Of a stretch of DNA of 24,000 nucleotides, positions 22,863 to 24,000 are shown one piece after another. Each line of letters begins with the position of its first letter. Position 1 is the first letter of the stretch. The position numbers and the translations under genes were made by a program. Source of the DNA: Veillonella ratti (GTDB lineage Bacteria > Bacillota > Negativicutes > Veillonellales > Veillonellaceae). The notes beneath the pieces were generated by a model. The model had not been told where the DNA came from. It saw nothing but the letters and a program-made list of their open reading frames with translations, and made no database searches. The stretch covers positions 27,516 to 51,515 of the forward strand of contig NZ_RQUX01000008.1 in assembly GCF_003992115.1 (NCBI RefSeq). Reading direction: 5' to 3'.

Positions 22863-23408
22863 TTATTGTTCGATTTCGAACGTTACCGTTGCATTTTCGC
22901 CGTTTTCAAAAATAGAGAAATCACCGTCAATATGGCCGACTTGCTGGCGTTCGAAGGTATCCCCGTCCTGACGATACAAGATTACAAAACTACCACGTGG
23001 TGGCCAGTAGATAATATCGCCCACTTCAAAATTATCCGAACGGGTCTTTTCCACCGGGAACGTGCCGGCGCCATAACGATAGAGCATTTCACGACCGTAA
23101 GCATTGGTCATATTAAGCGTCATCGGGAAAATCCCCTTTTCAAGCATCGCCTTGGTTGTGGCGTTATTTTCCAACGTGCCATGGAATTCTTTCCCATTAA
23201 CCGTTGCTTTAATTTTAATCTGTCCCACTTTTTCAACATCTCCTTGTTTTGTTTCATCTACAATCTGCTGATAGGAATTAGCGGTCACCGGCGCTTGTTG
23301 ATTCTCCGCCGCCCCCGCATCACTATTAGCACAGCCGGTTAAAACAACCGTTGTAAAAAGTGCTGCGCCCATCAGTTTTAAAATACTCTGTTGCCATTTC
23401 ATTCTCAT
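22863..23408 (-). CDS. cyclophilin-like-fold lipoprotein of unknown function
   Basis: Lipobox VVLTGC|ANSD. The body (VNGKEFHGTLENNATTKAMLEKGIFPMTLNMTNAYGREMLYRYG...GDIIYWPPRGSFVILYRQDG...VGHIDGD...ATVTFE) fits the uncharacterised cyclophilin-like family often found beside flavodoxins. The start is probably ATG 23408 (MRMKWQQ), downstream of GAGAGGAGAG. The track start is TTG 23429. Confidence 0.7.
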   Translation of the reverse strand: MRMKWQQSILKLMGAALFTTVVLTGCANSDAGAAENQQAPVTANSYQQIVDETKQGDVEKVGQIKIKATVNGKEFHGTLENNATTKAMLEKGIFPMTLNMTNAYGREMLYRYGAGTFPVEKTRSDNFEVGDIIYWPPRGSFVILYRQDGDTFERQQVGHIDGDFSIFENGENATVTFEIEQ

Positions 23409-23477
23409 ATAATGTAACTCTCCTCTCAAATTTCCCTTTTAAATTTTACTGTCAATTCTTTCTTGTAAATAGTTCTC

Positions 23478-24000
23478 TCAAAATCCGCTATCGTTGAGCC
23501 ACTTATCTATTTTTTTAAAATTATGAGCACCCGACAAAGTAATCCCTTTAACTACATGTGCATCCGGTAAAAACCCGGCAATACGCGCTTCACTTTTTTC
23601 AATAGTACTGCCACCACTGGTACAAAACGGAATAATATATTTATCTTCCAGCTTAGCGGATTCGATAAATGTATCCACTACCACCGGTTCCTGATACCAC
23701 CAAATCGGATAGCCGATAAACACGACATCATAGGCCTTTACATTCGGCAAAGCCTTAGCCAACGGCGGCCGATACTCGGCATCCAATTCTTTTTTGGCTA
23801 AATTGGAAACCTCGCTGTGACTGCCCACATACGGATCACGGGGCACAATTTCATAAAGGTCGCCACCAACGCAAGACTGAATATATTCTGCCACTTGGCG
23901 CGTTGTTCCCGACCAAGAAAAATACACTATAAGAATCTTCTTTTCACGGAGATTCTCATCAGTCAACGTTTTATAGGCTACCTTCTCACCCGAATGCTTC
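23478..24000 (-). CDS. flavodoxin-family protein (Flavodoxin_4-like), probably 5'-truncated by the window edge
   Basis: KKILIVYFSWSGTTRQVAEYI is the FMN-binding flavodoxin start motif. Also IPFCTSGGS. The track start at 23966 is a TTG with no RBS. The frame stays open to position 24000 (..KHSGEKVAYKTLTDENL..), so the true start probably lies outside the window. Confidence 0.75.
   Translation of the reverse strand, partial: KHSGEKVAYKTLTDENLREKKILIVYFSWSGTTRQVAEYIQSCVGGDLYEIVPRDPYVGSHSEVSNLAKKELDAEYRPPLAKALPNVKAYDVVFIGYPIWWYQEPVVVDTFIESAKLEDKYIIPFCTSGGSTIEKSEARIAGFLPDAHVVKGITLSGAHNFKKIDKWLNDSGF

Noticed and set aside
23964-23966. TTG at 23966 as the flavodoxin start
   Set aside because: There is no RBS at proper distance, and the reading frame remains open to the window edge. 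The gene is more likely 5'-truncated by the window.

Overview
This is a 24-kb chromosomal segment of a low/moderate-GC Firmicutes-type genome, judged from GGAGG ribosome-binding sites (RBS), lipobox signal peptides and sigma-70-like promoters. Gene content and codon usage resemble Veillonellaceae/Negativicutes, which I cannot verify. I count 23 genes, 20 of them on the minus strand. I saw no rRNA, tRNA, CRISPR array, transposase or integrase.

Left end: a galT-galK-ROK regulator-mglB-mglA operon (Leloir pathway plus galactose ABC uptake). mglA runs off the window edge and is missing from the ORF track.

Next (about 4.9-8.1 kb): an accessory-looking stretch set off by roughly 300-bp AT-rich spacers.
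- An orphan 296-aa protein with a central helix-turn-helix (HTH).
- A NADAR/YbiA-family protein with a lysine-rich N-terminal tail.
- Divergently, a strongly codon-optimised secreted 193-aa protein of unknown function.

The remaining 16 kb is dominated by redox and oxidative-stress functions.
- Two nitroreductases, one in an operon with a TerC-family membrane protein.
- A heme catalase behind a perfect Fur-family 7-1-7 box.
- An RclA/MerA-like flavin disulfide reductase.
- An Rrf2 regulator with a YwnB-like NAD(P)-binding protein.
- A LysR regulator with a KefG-like flavodoxin-fold quinone reductase.
- A flavodoxin with a cyclophilin-like lipoprotein.
- Also present: a cyclase-family protein, a secreted alpha/beta hydrolase, a YjiH-family transporter, and an L-lactate permease split by a 1-nt deletion in a T-run.

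Most interesting points:
- The NADAR + HTH-orphan module.
- A recurring intergenic motif, TTTGTCCAC(T/A)CA.
- A candidate Rrf2 operator (TTGTAAT-N6-TATTACATT) that occurs twice, each copy overlapping a promoter.
- An array of ATTAAG heptad repeats in a long leader.
- A ROK regulator lacking its zinc site.
- The uncharacterised flavodoxin/cyclophilin-like cluster.

All functional calls come from motif recognition by eye. No database search was run.
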